This document shows positions 28,070 to 37,035 of a DNA stretch of 64,000 nt, piece by piece. The DNA comes from a virus: positions 6,221 to 70,220 of IMG/VR virus record IMGVR_UViG_3300021420_000026; one strand, given 5' to 3'. How positions within the stretch are numbered: position 1 is the stretch's first letter; each line of letters opens with the position of its first letter. Below the pieces are notes generated by a model, which was given only the letters and a program-made list of their open reading frames with translations, searched no databases and was not told the origin of the DNA. Made by a program: the position numbers and the translations under genes.

Positions 28070-28190
28070 GGAGTGGGAGGAGTTGTTCTTCACCCAAGTC
28101 TACTTGCTGGAGTGGGTGTCGCGACAGATTGGTGTCAACGTGTTTGCGAAGGCCGGGTACGATCACCCTGTGCCGGGGATCAGGGAATGA
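27801..28190 (+). CDS. hypothetical Cys/His-cluster protein (putative nucleic-acid-binding)
   Basis: LGCCITHEPNPTLHHCHGGS metal-binding-like cluster; stop forms an ATGA overlap with the VRR-NUC start at 28187. Confidence 0.45.
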   Translation: MGRRSMTTEIQKHWTRVARLGCCITHEPNPTLHHCHGGSLRTLSQAGRQGGGGIHKGLGQKTSDWLVIPLVARLHSAGPQAIDGGSISVKEWEELFFTQVYLLEWVSRQIGVNVFAKAGYDHPVPGIRE

Positions 28191-28612
28191 AGTTCGAGCC
28201 GCCGAAGATCAACGACTACTCAGAGAGCCAGCACCAGAAGCTGTGCGTCGAGTACGCTGATCGGCATCCATGGGGGCCGCTGCTGATTTGCATCCCTAAC
28301 GGCGCACACCTAGCCGGTGACTCATCGGCCCGCTCGCGGCAGATGAACCATCTGAAGGCCATGGGCCTCAAGCCCGGGACCAGCGATCTGTTTCTGGCGA
28401 TGCCCGTGAAGCAGTATCACGGCGCGTGGTTCGAGATGAAGAAGATCGGCGCGCGCAAGCCCAGCCCCGAGCAATATGAGTTCCTGTTGCGCATGGAGAG
28501 GCAGGGATACTACGTCGACGTCTGCTACGGGTTCGATGAGTGGCGTTACAGCGCGCATCGTTATTTCGCCGGGCAGCAGTCCCTGCTTGGCGCCGAGGAT
28601 AATACGGTATGA
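28187..28612 (+). CDS. VRR-NUC domain nuclease (PD-(D/E)xK)
   Basis: GTSDLFLAMP...GAWFEMKK...EQYEF motif order typical of VRR-NUC; start at ATG 28187 (MKFEPPK). Confidence 0.65.
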   Translation: MKFEPPKINDYSESQHQKLCVEYADRHPWGPLLICIPNGAHLAGDSSARSRQMNHLKAMGLKPGTSDLFLAMPVKQYHGAWFEMKKIGARKPSPEQYEFLLRMERQGYYVDVCYGFDEWRYSAHRYFAGQQSLLGAEDNTV

Positions 28613-29307
28613 CCGGGACATCTCTTGTCGAGCGCGAGGTTGGCTGGGAGTATCTCACCGGCAAGCAACGCGCGTTCGCCGTGGCGTGGGTCAAATACCA
28701 CGACCCTCAGAAGGCGCTCACCGAGGCCGGCTACGCCAGCGTGGAGTCTAGCAACCCCAGCCGCGACGCCGCGCGCCTGATCAAGCGCTGCCGGCGCTTC
28801 ATCGACCACCTCGAGGAGACGGCGCTGCGCGAGGCCCGCATCAGCATCGCCGGCATCCAACATGAGTACGCCAAGGTTGGGTTCTCTAACCCGCTCAACT
28901 ACGTCGTCGAGCTTCCCGGTGGCGGCCACCGCGCGAAGATGCTCACGGAGTTGACGCGCGCCGAGGCTGCGGCCATCGAGTCCTTCACCCTGCTCCCGCT
29001 CTCAGTCGCCGGAAAGCCGGACATCTGGGTGTTGGGGGAGATCAAGTTCCACAACAAGATTAAAGCCCTCGACAGCCTGTGCAAGACCATGGGCATAGGG
29101 CTCAAGCCGCAGCCGGGCGAGCGCCCGCCTGAGCCTGCTCGATACGACCTTTCGCGTCTGCCAGCCGCCAAGCTGGCCGAGCTTGAGGGTATACTACGTG
29201 CTGCGGCCAACACGGTATCCGATGCCCGGGACAGCTCTGCGATCCCGGGTGAGAGTTCGGGCGCCGGTGGGCAGCAAATTCCGTCACTGAGCCGGCCAGC
29301 CCGGTGA
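28609..29307 (+). CDS. terS: terminase small subunit (Terminase_2-like)
   Basis: N-terminal LTGKQRAFAVAWVKYHDPQKALTEAGYAS matches the conserved HTH region of small terminases; ATGA overlap with VRR-NUC. Confidence 0.6.
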   Translation: MTGTSLVEREVGWEYLTGKQRAFAVAWVKYHDPQKALTEAGYASVESSNPSRDAARLIKRCRRFIDHLEETALREARISIAGIQHEYAKVGFSNPLNYVVELPGGGHRAKMLTELTRAEAAAIESFTLLPLSVAGKPDIWVLGEIKFHNKIKALDSLCKTMGIGLKPQPGERPPEPARYDLSRLPAAKLAELEGILRAAANTVSDARDSSAIPGESSGAGGQQIPSLSRPAR

Positions 29308-29308
29308 C

Positions 29309-30148
29309 ATGTTGCCCGCCGGCCCTCGGCATGGAGACCAAGTGAAGCAGCCCAAGCGTCCGCGCATTCTAGTGACCGATATTGAGACAGCGCCTCTGGA
29401 GCTGTACGGGTGGCGGATCTGGGACGAGAGCTTCAGTCTGGATCAGATCAAGGAGGACTGGACGATCCTGTCGTTCTCCGCCAAGTGGCTTGGCGAGGAC
29501 AAGATTATCTACATGGACACCGGTGGCCGTGGTCGCCGCTGGGTTCGCCACGACCGCAAGTTGATGAAGCCGCTGTGGAAGCTGCTGGACGAGGCCGACA
29601 TTGTCGTCGCACAGAACGGCAAGAAGTTCGACATGCGCAAGATCAACGCGCGCCTGATCGCCCACGGCTTCGGGCCGCCGTCGCCTTATCGCGTCATCGA
29701 CACCATGCTCGTGTCGAAGAAGTATTTCGCGTTCACGTCGCAGAAGCTGGCCTACACCTCCGTGTACCTGAAGCTGCAGAAGCAAAAGGACGAGCATCCC
29801 GAGTACCCGGGCTTCAAGCTGTGGAAGGCCGTGCTGCAGGACATCCCCGAGGCGTGGCGCGTGATGAAGCGCTACAACAGGCAGGACATTCTCGCGACCG
29901 AGGGCGTGTATCTGAAGCAGCGGCCGTGGATCGAGAACCATCCGAACCTCGGCGCCTACTCCGATGAGGAGCGTCCCATGTGCCCGGCGTGCGGGAGCGC
30001 GCGCATGAACAAGGACAAGAACCGCCGCAGCGTCAAGCAGCAGGGAGTCTACATCCAGTACAGGTGCGGGGACTGCGGCCACTACGCCCGGGGGAAGACC
30101 ATGCAGCTATCGATTGCCAAGCGCAGATCGATGCTGGCGGCGCCATGA
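29309..30148 (+). CDS. DnaQ-like 3-prime to 5-prime exonuclease with C-terminal zinc ribbon
   Basis: ILVTDIETAP (Exo I) and EADIVVAQNGKKFD (Exo II); C-terminal CPACGS...CGDCGHY. Alternative GTG start at 29342 with SD GGAGA. Confidence 0.65.
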   Translation: MLPAGPRHGDQVKQPKRPRILVTDIETAPLELYGWRIWDESFSLDQIKEDWTILSFSAKWLGEDKIIYMDTGGRGRRWVRHDRKLMKPLWKLLDEADIVVAQNGKKFDMRKINARLIAHGFGPPSPYRVIDTMLVSKKYFAFTSQKLAYTSVYLKLQKQKDEHPEYPGFKLWKAVLQDIPEAWRVMKRYNRQDILATEGVYLKQRPWIENHPNLGAYSDEERPMCPACGSARMNKDKNRRSVKQQGVYIQYRCGDCGHYARGKTMQLSIAKRRSMLAAP

Positions 30149-30273
30149 AAACCACGCTGCTTGCTATACTCCTGTTCGTGATCGGCGCCGCGTCTGGTTA
30201 CTGGCTGGACCGCAGTCTCAGGCACTTCGCGATTCAGGTTCACGCAACTTGCGCAAGGGCGATGACAATCTGA
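30145..30273 (+). CDS. tiny membrane protein
   Basis: MKTTLLAILLFVIGAASGYWL...; ATGA overlap with the exonuclease stop. Confidence 0.3.
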   Translation: MKTTLLAILLFVIGAASGYWLDRSLRHFAIQVHATCARAMTI

Positions 30274-30524
30274 TGCCATACATTTCGCACGAGGAAAAGA
30301 TCGACATCGACGCGGGGATGCAACCCGCGACGCCGGGCCAGCTGACATACGCCATCACAAGGCTGGCCGTGCGGTTCGCGCGCGAGCAAGGCAAGATCCG
30401 ATTCGCGACACTGTGTCTCGTGATAGGTGCCATTGTGTGCGCGGCCTTCGAGTTCTACCGGCGCGTTGTTGCGCCGTACGAGGACGCCAAGATGGCGCAA
30501 AACGGAGACGTGTACCTTGAGTAA
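30273..30524 (+). CDS. hypothetical small protein with one TM segment
   Basis: MPYISHEEKIDID...; ATG overlaps the previous TGA; hydrophobic FATLCLVIGAIVCAAF. Confidence 0.35.
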   Translation: MPYISHEEKIDIDAGMQPATPGQLTYAITRLAVRFAREQGKIRFATLCLVIGAIVCAAFEFYRRVVAPYEDAKMAQNGDVYLE

Positions 30525-30957
30525 GCTCTACCTCGCGGGACCGATGACCAACATCCCGCAGTTCAACTTCCCCCTGTTCCATCGCGCGGCGAAGTACCTG
30601 CGCGGTCAGGGCTACGACATTGTCAGCCCGGCTGAGATGGATTCGCCGGCAGTGCAGGCCGCGGCCATGGCGAGCCCCGACGGAAAGCTCGACGCCAGCC
30701 ACAAGATCGCTGGCGAGACGTGGGGGCAGATCCTCGCGAAGGACGTCATGCTCGTCGCCGACGAGATCGACGGCATCGTGTTCCTTCCCGGCTGGGACAA
30801 GTCCCGCGGCGCCAACCTCGAGGCCACTGTCGGCCTACTGGTCAACGCGCGCGAGTTCACGTTCTACCGGTTCGATCCCGAGACCGGCACCGTGTTCGAG
30901 ACGCCGAAGTTCATGATCCTCGACGCCCTGCACCGGGCCATGGGAGAGAGACTGTGA
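30517..30957 (+). CDS. nucleoside 2-deoxyribosyltransferase-like / DUF4406 family protein (putative dNMP N-glycosidase)
   Basis: N-terminal KLYLAGPMT and DIVSPAE resemble the Rossmann-like YLAGP signature of the family; probable TTG start 30517 (ATG at 30544 is the alternative). Confidence 0.5.
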   Translation: MSKLYLAGPMTNIPQFNFPLFHRAAKYLRGQGYDIVSPAEMDSPAVQAAAMASPDGKLDASHKIAGETWGQILAKDVMLVADEIDGIVFLPGWDKSRGANLEATVGLLVNAREFTFYRFDPETGTVFETPKFMILDALHRAMGERL

Positions 30958-31511
30958 CGGATACCAAGCCATCGAACCCCAAGGACATCATCGGCTCGGC
31001 GAAGCTGGATCTGGGTCTGGCGCCGGACACCATGGAGGTCATGGCCGCCGAGGCTTTCCTCGAGGGCGCTCTGAAGTACGGGCGCTACAACTGGCGCATC
31101 AAGGGCGTGCGGGCGTCGACGTACCACGCCGCTCTCAAGCGCCACATCAAGAAGTGGTGGAACGGCCAGAACCGCGACAAGAAGACGAACGTGCATCACC
31201 TGTGCAATGCCATGGCGTGCATCGTCATCATGTACGACGCAGAGCTGTACGGCAAGTTCGAGGACGACCGGCCGCCGTGCCCGAACCCGGATGCGATGGC
31301 CGAACTCATCGACCGCATGGAGTCTCAGGTCGCGCACCTGAAGTCCCTGTTCGCTGATCACAAGCCTCACCAGTACACGATCAAGGATACTCCGCAGCAC
31401 GAGGATGGCGCTGCGTTTGTTGGGGAGCCACCGACTGAGGCTGAGCTGGATGAGCTGCTCGATGCACAGCTCAACGGCGCATGGGCAGGCGCGTTCCGCG
31501 TGAGTCTGTAG
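30954..31511 (+). CDS. dATP/dGTP pyrophosphohydrolase N-terminal-domain-like protein
   Basis: GTG start overlapping the previous TGA; AEAFLEGALKYGRYNWRIKG and HHLCNAMACIVIMYDAE resemble the phage dNTP diphosphohydrolase N-domain (A..KYG..NW). Confidence 0.45.
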   Translation: MTDTKPSNPKDIIGSAKLDLGLAPDTMEVMAAEAFLEGALKYGRYNWRIKGVRASTYHAALKRHIKKWWNGQNRDKKTNVHHLCNAMACIVIMYDAELYGKFEDDRPPCPNPDAMAELIDRMESQVAHLKSLFADHKPHQYTIKDTPQHEDGAAFVGEPPTEAELDELLDAQLNGAWAGAFRVSL

Positions 31512-31512
31512 C

Positions 31513-31722
31513 ATGCCCGTCTACCAGTTCGAGTGTGTGTTCGGCCACGTCTCCGACGATCTGGTGGCTTTGGAGACGGCGGAGATCGCGAGGAATGCCG
31601 GCGTTGACCTAGCAATCAAGTGCCCGGAATGCGCCAAGCTCGGGATGTCCGAGTACGCCCACAAGGTGCTCTCTGCAACGAAGACGAATTTCCGGCACAA
31701 TGATCGGAGAGCTTTCAAGTAG
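31513..31722 (+). CDS. FmdB-family zinc-ribbon protein
   Basis: MPVYQFECVFGH...CPECAK matches the MP.YxYxC..CGH signature of Zn-ribbon regulatory proteins. Confidence 0.5.
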   Translation: MPVYQFECVFGHVSDDLVALETAEIARNAGVDLAIKCPECAKLGMSEYAHKVLSATKTNFRHNDRRAFK

Positions 31723-31732
31723 GAGGTGACCC

Positions 31733-32275
31733 GTGTTCGACAGAATCTTTGAGCTGCTGCAGACTGTCGCCGGTCACCTAATTCCCTTCATAGTGCTCCA
31801 GCCATACGAGGCCGGAGCGCTCGTGCGCCTCGGCACATTCAAGCGCGTGCTCGGTCCCGGCTTCCACTGGGTGATGCCATTCGGCATCGACATGGTCTGG
31901 CAGGAGCACACCACGCCCCGCACCGACCATCTCGCCGGCCTCTCGACCACGACCAAGGATGGCAAGAGCATCGGTTTCGACGCCATCATCACGTGGCAGA
32001 TCAACGACGTCGAGAAGGCGGTGCTGCGCGTGACGCAGGTGAAGGACGCCATCGCCGACACGTGCACGGGCATCATCGGAACCGCGCTCACGGAGTCGAC
32101 GTGGGAGGACATCATCCACGGCGCCGCCGTCGAGGGCCTGACTAAGACCTGCCGCGCGCGCGGGTGGAAGTGGGGGATCGAGATCATGCAGGTGCAGCTC
32201 TCGGGCGTATCCTTGGTCAAGAACATCCGCATCAGCCAGTCACACGGTCACATCGAGGTTTCTCACGGCCTTTGA
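31733..32275 (+). CDS. SPFH/band-7 (stomatin/prohibitin-like) domain protein
   Basis: VLQPYEAGALVRLGTFKRVLGPGFHWVMPFGIDMV...TKDGKSIGFDAIITWQINDVEKAV matches the SPFH core. Confidence 0.6.
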   Translation: MFDRIFELLQTVAGHLIPFIVLQPYEAGALVRLGTFKRVLGPGFHWVMPFGIDMVWQEHTTPRTDHLAGLSTTTKDGKSIGFDAIITWQINDVEKAVLRVTQVKDAIADTCTGIIGTALTESTWEDIIHGAAVEGLTKTCRARGWKWGIEIMQVQLSGVSLVKNIRISQSHGHIEVSHGL

Positions 32276-32413
32276 GATAGTGGTATGCTAATGGAGCATG
32301 CCGCAGTCAAAGCCGGTGAGGCTACCCAAGACGCCGGCCCTCGGCAGTGAACCACCCAAGGGGGAGGCGCTCAGGCGCGTCCAGCCCAAGATCACGTACA
32401 AGAAGAGGCGCAC

Positions 32414-32823
32414 CAATGCCCAAGTCCCGAGCGGTTCGTAGCGCAGCCCCCGGCGGCGGAATCCCGCGCCTGCCCATGCGCCAGATGCAGCGCCCTGTCT
32501 CCGCTGTGCCCCCGCGCGCCCCCGGCGCCGCGCCCACCACCCAGCCCGTCCTCGGCGGCGCCCGCCCGCGCCCCGCGCGCCCCGCCGTGCGCCCCAAGGC
32601 CCCGGGGAAGCTCCCCATGCCGTCGCCGGCCTCGCAGGGCCCCAACCCTCAGGCCCCGGCTCTCGCCCGCGCCAAGCGCTCCCTAGGCACGCAGAAGCGC
32701 AAGATCGGTGCCAAGCTGCCGCAGGCACAGGGCGCCCCCGTTCCCCCGGCACCGGCGAACCCCATGCCGGCCCAGCCAGCGTTCGGCGCCTCCGGCGCCC
32801 CGGACGACGCCGACCAGTACTAG
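32414..32823 (+). CDS. Pro/Ala-rich basic, intrinsically disordered protein
   Basis: MPKSRAVRSAAPGG...; stop is 4 nt before the large terminase start; extremely GC-rich region where all six frames are open, so coding status is uncertain. Confidence 0.3.
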
Positions 32824-32826
32824 GCC

Positions 32827-34449
32827 GTGGCTGCGGTCGCCGAGGCCATAGCCGGCGGGTTGCCGTCGTTCACCGAGGTCAGCGCCGAGCAGTGCCGGCG
32901 CAGCCTGCGCCGCTTCACGCGCGAGAGCTGGCACACCATCGAGAGCGTCGACCTCCAGTGGGATTGGTATCTCGACGCGATGTGCGATCACCTGACGTAC
33001 GTCTACCTCGGTGAGATCAAGAACCTCATCGTCAGCATCCCCCCGCGGTTCCTGAAGTCGACCGAGGTCTCGGTCATCTGGCCGGCGTGGTGCTGGGCGC
33101 AGGACGCCACGCTCAAGTTCCTCACGGGCTCGTACGAAATCGGCCTCGCCACGCGCGACGCCCTGCGCACCCGCGATCTCCTGCAGTCGCCGTGGTACAA
33201 GGAGCGCTACGGCCTCGACACGCGCCTGCGCGCGGACCAGAACGAGAAGCACCTCTACGCCAACGAGAAGGGCGGTAGCCGCATGGCCGTGTCCGTGGGC
33301 GGGCGCCTCACCGGCTACGGTGGCGACATCATTGTTGTTGACGACCCACACAACCTTCAGACCGTGCACCAAGACACGGCGCGCGAGAACGCGATCCGCT
33401 GGTACACGGGCCCGCTGCGCACTCGCGTGAACAATGCCGCCACGGCGCGCCGCGTGGTTATCGGCCAACGCGCCCGCGCCAACGACCTTATCGGCCACAT
33501 ATTGGCCACTTCGCCCGAAGATTACGTCCATTTGTGCTTCCCGAACGAGTTTGTCGGCCATAAGCGCTGCGTCACCAAGCACCCCAAGACTGGCAAGGTC
33601 ATCTTCCAAGACCCGCGCAAGGCCGAGGGTGAGCTGCTGTGTCCGAAGCGTCTCGACACCGCGGCTACCAAGGCCCTCAAGCACGACATGTCGGGCGGAG
33701 ACTACAGTGCCCAGTTCCAGCAGGATCCCACCACGGACGGCGGCCTCATCCTCAAGGCAGAGTACTGGAAGCCGTGGGTGAATCCGCCGTGGCGCCCCCG
33801 CGCCGGCAGGCAGGCGGAGATCCCCGAGTGCTATCAGGTCATCCAGCTCTACGACACCGCGTTCGAGGAGGGGGAGGAAAACGACTACACTGCCCGGCTG
33901 ACTCTGGGCATCTTCAGGTATACTGGAGAGGTATTGACGAAGGTCCGTCGACCAGATGGCCGTGTGATCGAGACCCCCGTCAAGCAGGCCCCTCGCAACG
34001 CCGCGATACTCGTCGGGGCATGGCGAGAGAAGATCGGGTTCCCCGACCTGCGTGAGGAAGCCAAGCGCTCCTACGAGAAGGTTCACCCCGATTGGGTTCT
34101 GGTGGAGAAGAAAGCCAGCGGCCATGCTCTCATCAAGGAGCTGCGTCGCGCCGGTATTCCGGTCAAGGCCGTGAAGATTGACGGCGACGGCGACAAAATT
34201 GCCCGCGCCCATACTGCATCCCTCGCTCTCGAGAAGGGCTGCGTGTTTTATTTGCCCGAGTCGACGTTCGCTGGTCCCGTCATCAAAGAGTGCGCGGACT
34301 TCCCGAACGGAGAGTATGACGACTGGGTCGATTGCTTCTTGATGGGGCTGATGTGGCTGCGCAAGATGGACGGCGTCCAATTCCAAGAGGAGGCCGACGA
34401 GATCCGCTTGTTCAGGCCGTCAGTCCGCAGGGGCATCAGTACGGGGTAG
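32827..34449 (+). CDS. terL: terminase large subunit
   Basis: Deviant Walker A VSIPPRFLKST, Walker B DIIVVDDPHN, C-terminal RNase-H-like nuclease motifs (ASGHALI..., DDWVDCFLM); directly upstream of the portal. Confidence 0.85.
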   Translation: MAAVAEAIAGGLPSFTEVSAEQCRRSLRRFTRESWHTIESVDLQWDWYLDAMCDHLTYVYLGEIKNLIVSIPPRFLKSTEVSVIWPAWCWAQDATLKFLTGSYEIGLATRDALRTRDLLQSPWYKERYGLDTRLRADQNEKHLYANEKGGSRMAVSVGGRLTGYGGDIIVVDDPHNLQTVHQDTARENAIRWYTGPLRTRVNNAATARRVVIGQRARANDLIGHILATSPEDYVHLCFPNEFVGHKRCVTKHPKTGKVIFQDPRKAEGELLCPKRLDTAATKALKHDMSGGDYSAQFQQDPTTDGGLILKAEYWKPWVNPPWRPRAGRQAEIPECYQVIQLYDTAFEEGEENDYTARLTLGIFRYTGEVLTKVRRPDGRVIETPVKQAPRNAAILVGAWREKIGFPDLREEAKRSYEKVHPDWVLVEKKASGHALIKELRRAGIPVKAVKIDGDGDKIARAHTASLALEKGCVFYLPESTFAGPVIKECADFPNGEYDDWVDCFLMGLMWLRKMDGVQFQEEADEIRLFRPSVRRGISTG

Positions 34450-34452
34450 TGC

Positions 34453-37029
34453 ATGGCTCTCGTTGAACAATCACAAGAACGCCCGGTCAAGTCCAGCGCC
34501 AAGGGCGCAGACGTCATGACGATGGATGAGGACGGTGACACCGTCGTCAGCTTCGGAGGCAGTGACGGCGATGACGACGGCGATGCCGAGGGCAAGCTCG
34601 GGCGCAGCGAGCAGGACGAGAACCTCGCCAAGTATCTGGACGCCAACGCGCGCCGCGCCATCGGGCAGAAGCTGAAGGACTACGTCGAGGTCGACGAGCG
34701 TTCGCGCGTGGATCACCTGCGCCGGCTCAGCAAGGGTCTAGAGATCATCGGCCTCAAGGACATCCCCGAGACCGAGGCCGTGTTCGACGGCGCGTCCATG
34801 GTCAATCACCCGGCGCTCGCCGAGGCCATGGTGCAGTTCCAGTCGCGCGCCATCAACGAAATCTTCCCGCCCACCGGCCCCGTCAAGGTGCAGGTCGAGG
34901 ACGGCGCTGGTGACGACGAAGAGGATCGTGCCGACCGCATCGAATCCTACATGAACCGGCAGCTGACGCGCGACGACAAGGAGTACTTCTGGGGCGTCGA
35001 CAAGATGCTGTTCTACCTGCCGTTCGCCGGCAGCGCGTTCAAGAAGTGCTACTACGACATGCAGAAGCGCATGCCCGTGGGCCGCTTCATCAACGTCAAC
35101 GACTTCATCGTCCCCTACGACGCCGAGAGCCTGCCCGGCGCCAGCCGCTACACGCATCGCTACTACATGACGGCGAACGACTTGAAGCGCGCCATCGCAG
35201 ACGACGAGTTCATCAAGCCCGTAAACATGTGGAAGCAGCCCTACGTTGCCAACGTCGGCTCCGAGAACCCGCGCGAACTCTCAGACCTTGCCGACAAGCG
35301 CACTGCCGTGCGGCACGACGACGACAACGTCTACGAGCTGTGCGAGATGCACATCGATTTCAACTTCCTCAAGGAGAGCCACCCCATCGCGTCCGATGAC
35401 GTGATCGTGCCGTGGCTCAAGGTCGACAGCGGATTCGTCGACGAGGTCGGGATCGAGAACAACAAGTTCGCGTACCCGTATATCATCACCTTCGACCGCG
35501 AGTCGTGCGAGATCCTCAGCATCAAGCGCAACTGGAAGAAGAACGACCCGCAACGCCGCAAGCGCATCTGGTTCGTGCACTACAAGTACCTGCCGGGCTT
35601 CGGCTTCTATGGATTCGGCATCCTCCACCTCATCGGCAGCCTCGGCGCGGCCGCGAGCGGCGCCCTGCGCATCCTCCTCGACGGCTCGCTGTCGTCCAGC
35701 GTCAGCGGTGGCTTCCGCACGAAAGAGGCGCGCATGGCCGGCGAGGTCAGGTTCAAGCCCGGCGAGTGGGTCGACGTCGACCTCGCCGCCGAGGAGCTGG
35801 CGAAGGGCTTCTACAGCCCGCCGTTCAAGGAGCCGACGCCCGCGCTGTTCCAGACACTCGAGTTGCTCATCAAGGGCATAGAGCGCTTCAGCTCGACGAC
35901 GGAGGCCATGGTCGGCGACTCGCCGAACACCGGGCCCGTGGGGACGACGCTCGCCATCATCGAGCAGGGCAGCAAGGTCTTCAGCGCCATTCACAAGCGC
36001 CTGCACGTGTCGTGCAAGGACGAGTTCGAGATACTCTACACGCTGAACGCCGAGTACATGGGTGATGCTCCGTATCCGATGGACACGGAGAAGTTTCAGG
36101 ACGAGAGCGGCCAGCAGCTGCTCATCGGCTCCGACTTCAATTCGAGCGGCAAGCACGAGGTGCGGCCGGTTAGTGACCCCAACATCTGGTCGCACACGAT
36201 GCGCATCGCCATGGCGCAGGGCATGCTCTCCCTCATCGCCAGCGATCCTTCGCTGTACAGCGAAAAAGCCAAGCGGCGCGCACACCGCGCCATGATCAAG
36301 GCCCTGCGCTTCAACGACGTCGACGACTACATGTCGGAGTCCGCGGACGTCCCGATGGATCCCGTCAGCGAGAATCAGGCGATCATCGCCAACACGCCGG
36401 TGCGCGCGTATCAGGATCAGAACCATCAGGCGCACATCGCCATCCACAAGCAGTTCATGCAGAGCGCGATGGCCGCCCTCGATCCGGCGCTGCAGCAGAA
36501 CTTCCAGATGGTCATGGCCGCGCACATCGCCGAGCACATCGGCATGCAGTACCGCACCGAGATCGAGCAGCAACTCGGCATCCCGCTGCCGCCGTTCGAT
36601 CCCAAAGACCCGGAGAAGAACGAGCTGCCAACGGACGTGCAGGCTCTCATTGCCGGCGCCGTCGCGGCGAAGATCAACCCCGCGCAGCCGGGCCAGCCCC
36701 CGGGCGGGCAGCCGCCGCCGAGTCCGGAGCAGATCAAGGCGCAGGCCAAGGCCGCCGAGGATCAGGCTACGACGCAGCGCAAGAACGTGTCCGCTGCCGC
36801 CGACGAGCACCGCAAGGACGTGCAGGCCCACGCCAAGGAGAAGCGCCTCGACGCCGAGCTGCGCGCGCGCCTCATGCGCGAGGGCCTCATCAGTCGCCCG
36901 CGCGACATCAGCCTGCCCAGCGACGAGGACACGATGTCTCCCAATCCTCAGGGGCCGCCGCCGAGTGGTCCGGCATTCGGCGCGTCTCAGGGCGGGCCGC
37001 CGCAGGGCGCACCGCCGCCGGGGATGTGA
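34453..37029 (+). CDS. portal protein (putative, 858 aa) with Pro/Gly/Gln-rich C-terminal tail
   Basis: Large ORF immediately after terL; acidic N-terminus; PPGGQPPPSPEQ...QGPPPSGPAFG disordered tail; assignment by position and size. Confidence 0.55.
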   Translation: MALVEQSQERPVKSSAKGADVMTMDEDGDTVVSFGGSDGDDDGDAEGKLGRSEQDENLAKYLDANARRAIGQKLKDYVEVDERSRVDHLRRLSKGLEIIGLKDIPETEAVFDGASMVNHPALAEAMVQFQSRAINEIFPPTGPVKVQVEDGAGDDEEDRADRIESYMNRQLTRDDKEYFWGVDKMLFYLPFAGSAFKKCYYDMQKRMPVGRFINVNDFIVPYDAESLPGASRYTHRYYMTANDLKRAIADDEFIKPVNMWKQPYVANVGSENPRELSDLADKRTAVRHDDDNVYELCEMHIDFNFLKESHPIASDDVIVPWLKVDSGFVDEVGIENNKFAYPYIITFDRESCEILSIKRNWKKNDPQRRKRIWFVHYKYLPGFGFYGFGILHLIGSLGAAASGALRILLDGSLSSSVSGGFRTKEARMAGEVRFKPGEWVDVDLAAEELAKGFYSPPFKEPTPALFQTLELLIKGIERFSSTTEAMVGDSPNTGPVGTTLAIIEQGSKVFSAIHKRLHVSCKDEFEILYTLNAEYMGDAPYPMDTEKFQDESGQQLLIGSDFNSSGKHEVRPVSDPNIWSHTMRIAMAQGMLSLIASDPSLYSEKAKRRAHRAMIKALRFNDVDDYMSESADVPMDPVSENQAIIANTPVRAYQDQNHQAHIAIHKQFMQSAMAALDPALQQNFQMVMAAHIAEHIGMQYRTEIEQQLGIPLPPFDPKDPEKNELPTDVQALIAGAVAAKINPAQPGQPPGGQPPPSPEQIKAQAKAAEDQATTQRKNVSAAADEHRKDVQAHAKEKRLDAELRARLMREGLISRPRDISLPSDEDTMSPNPQGPPPSGPAFGASQGGPPQGAPPPGM

Positions 37030-37035
37030 TAGGCT

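Noticed and set aside
32288-32752. Minus-strand ORFs (154 and 107 aa) upstream of terL
   Set aside because: They lie in the ultra-GC-rich spacer where every frame is open; the products are poly-Arg/Gly/Ala with no coding signal; the plus-strand context is a co-directional operon.
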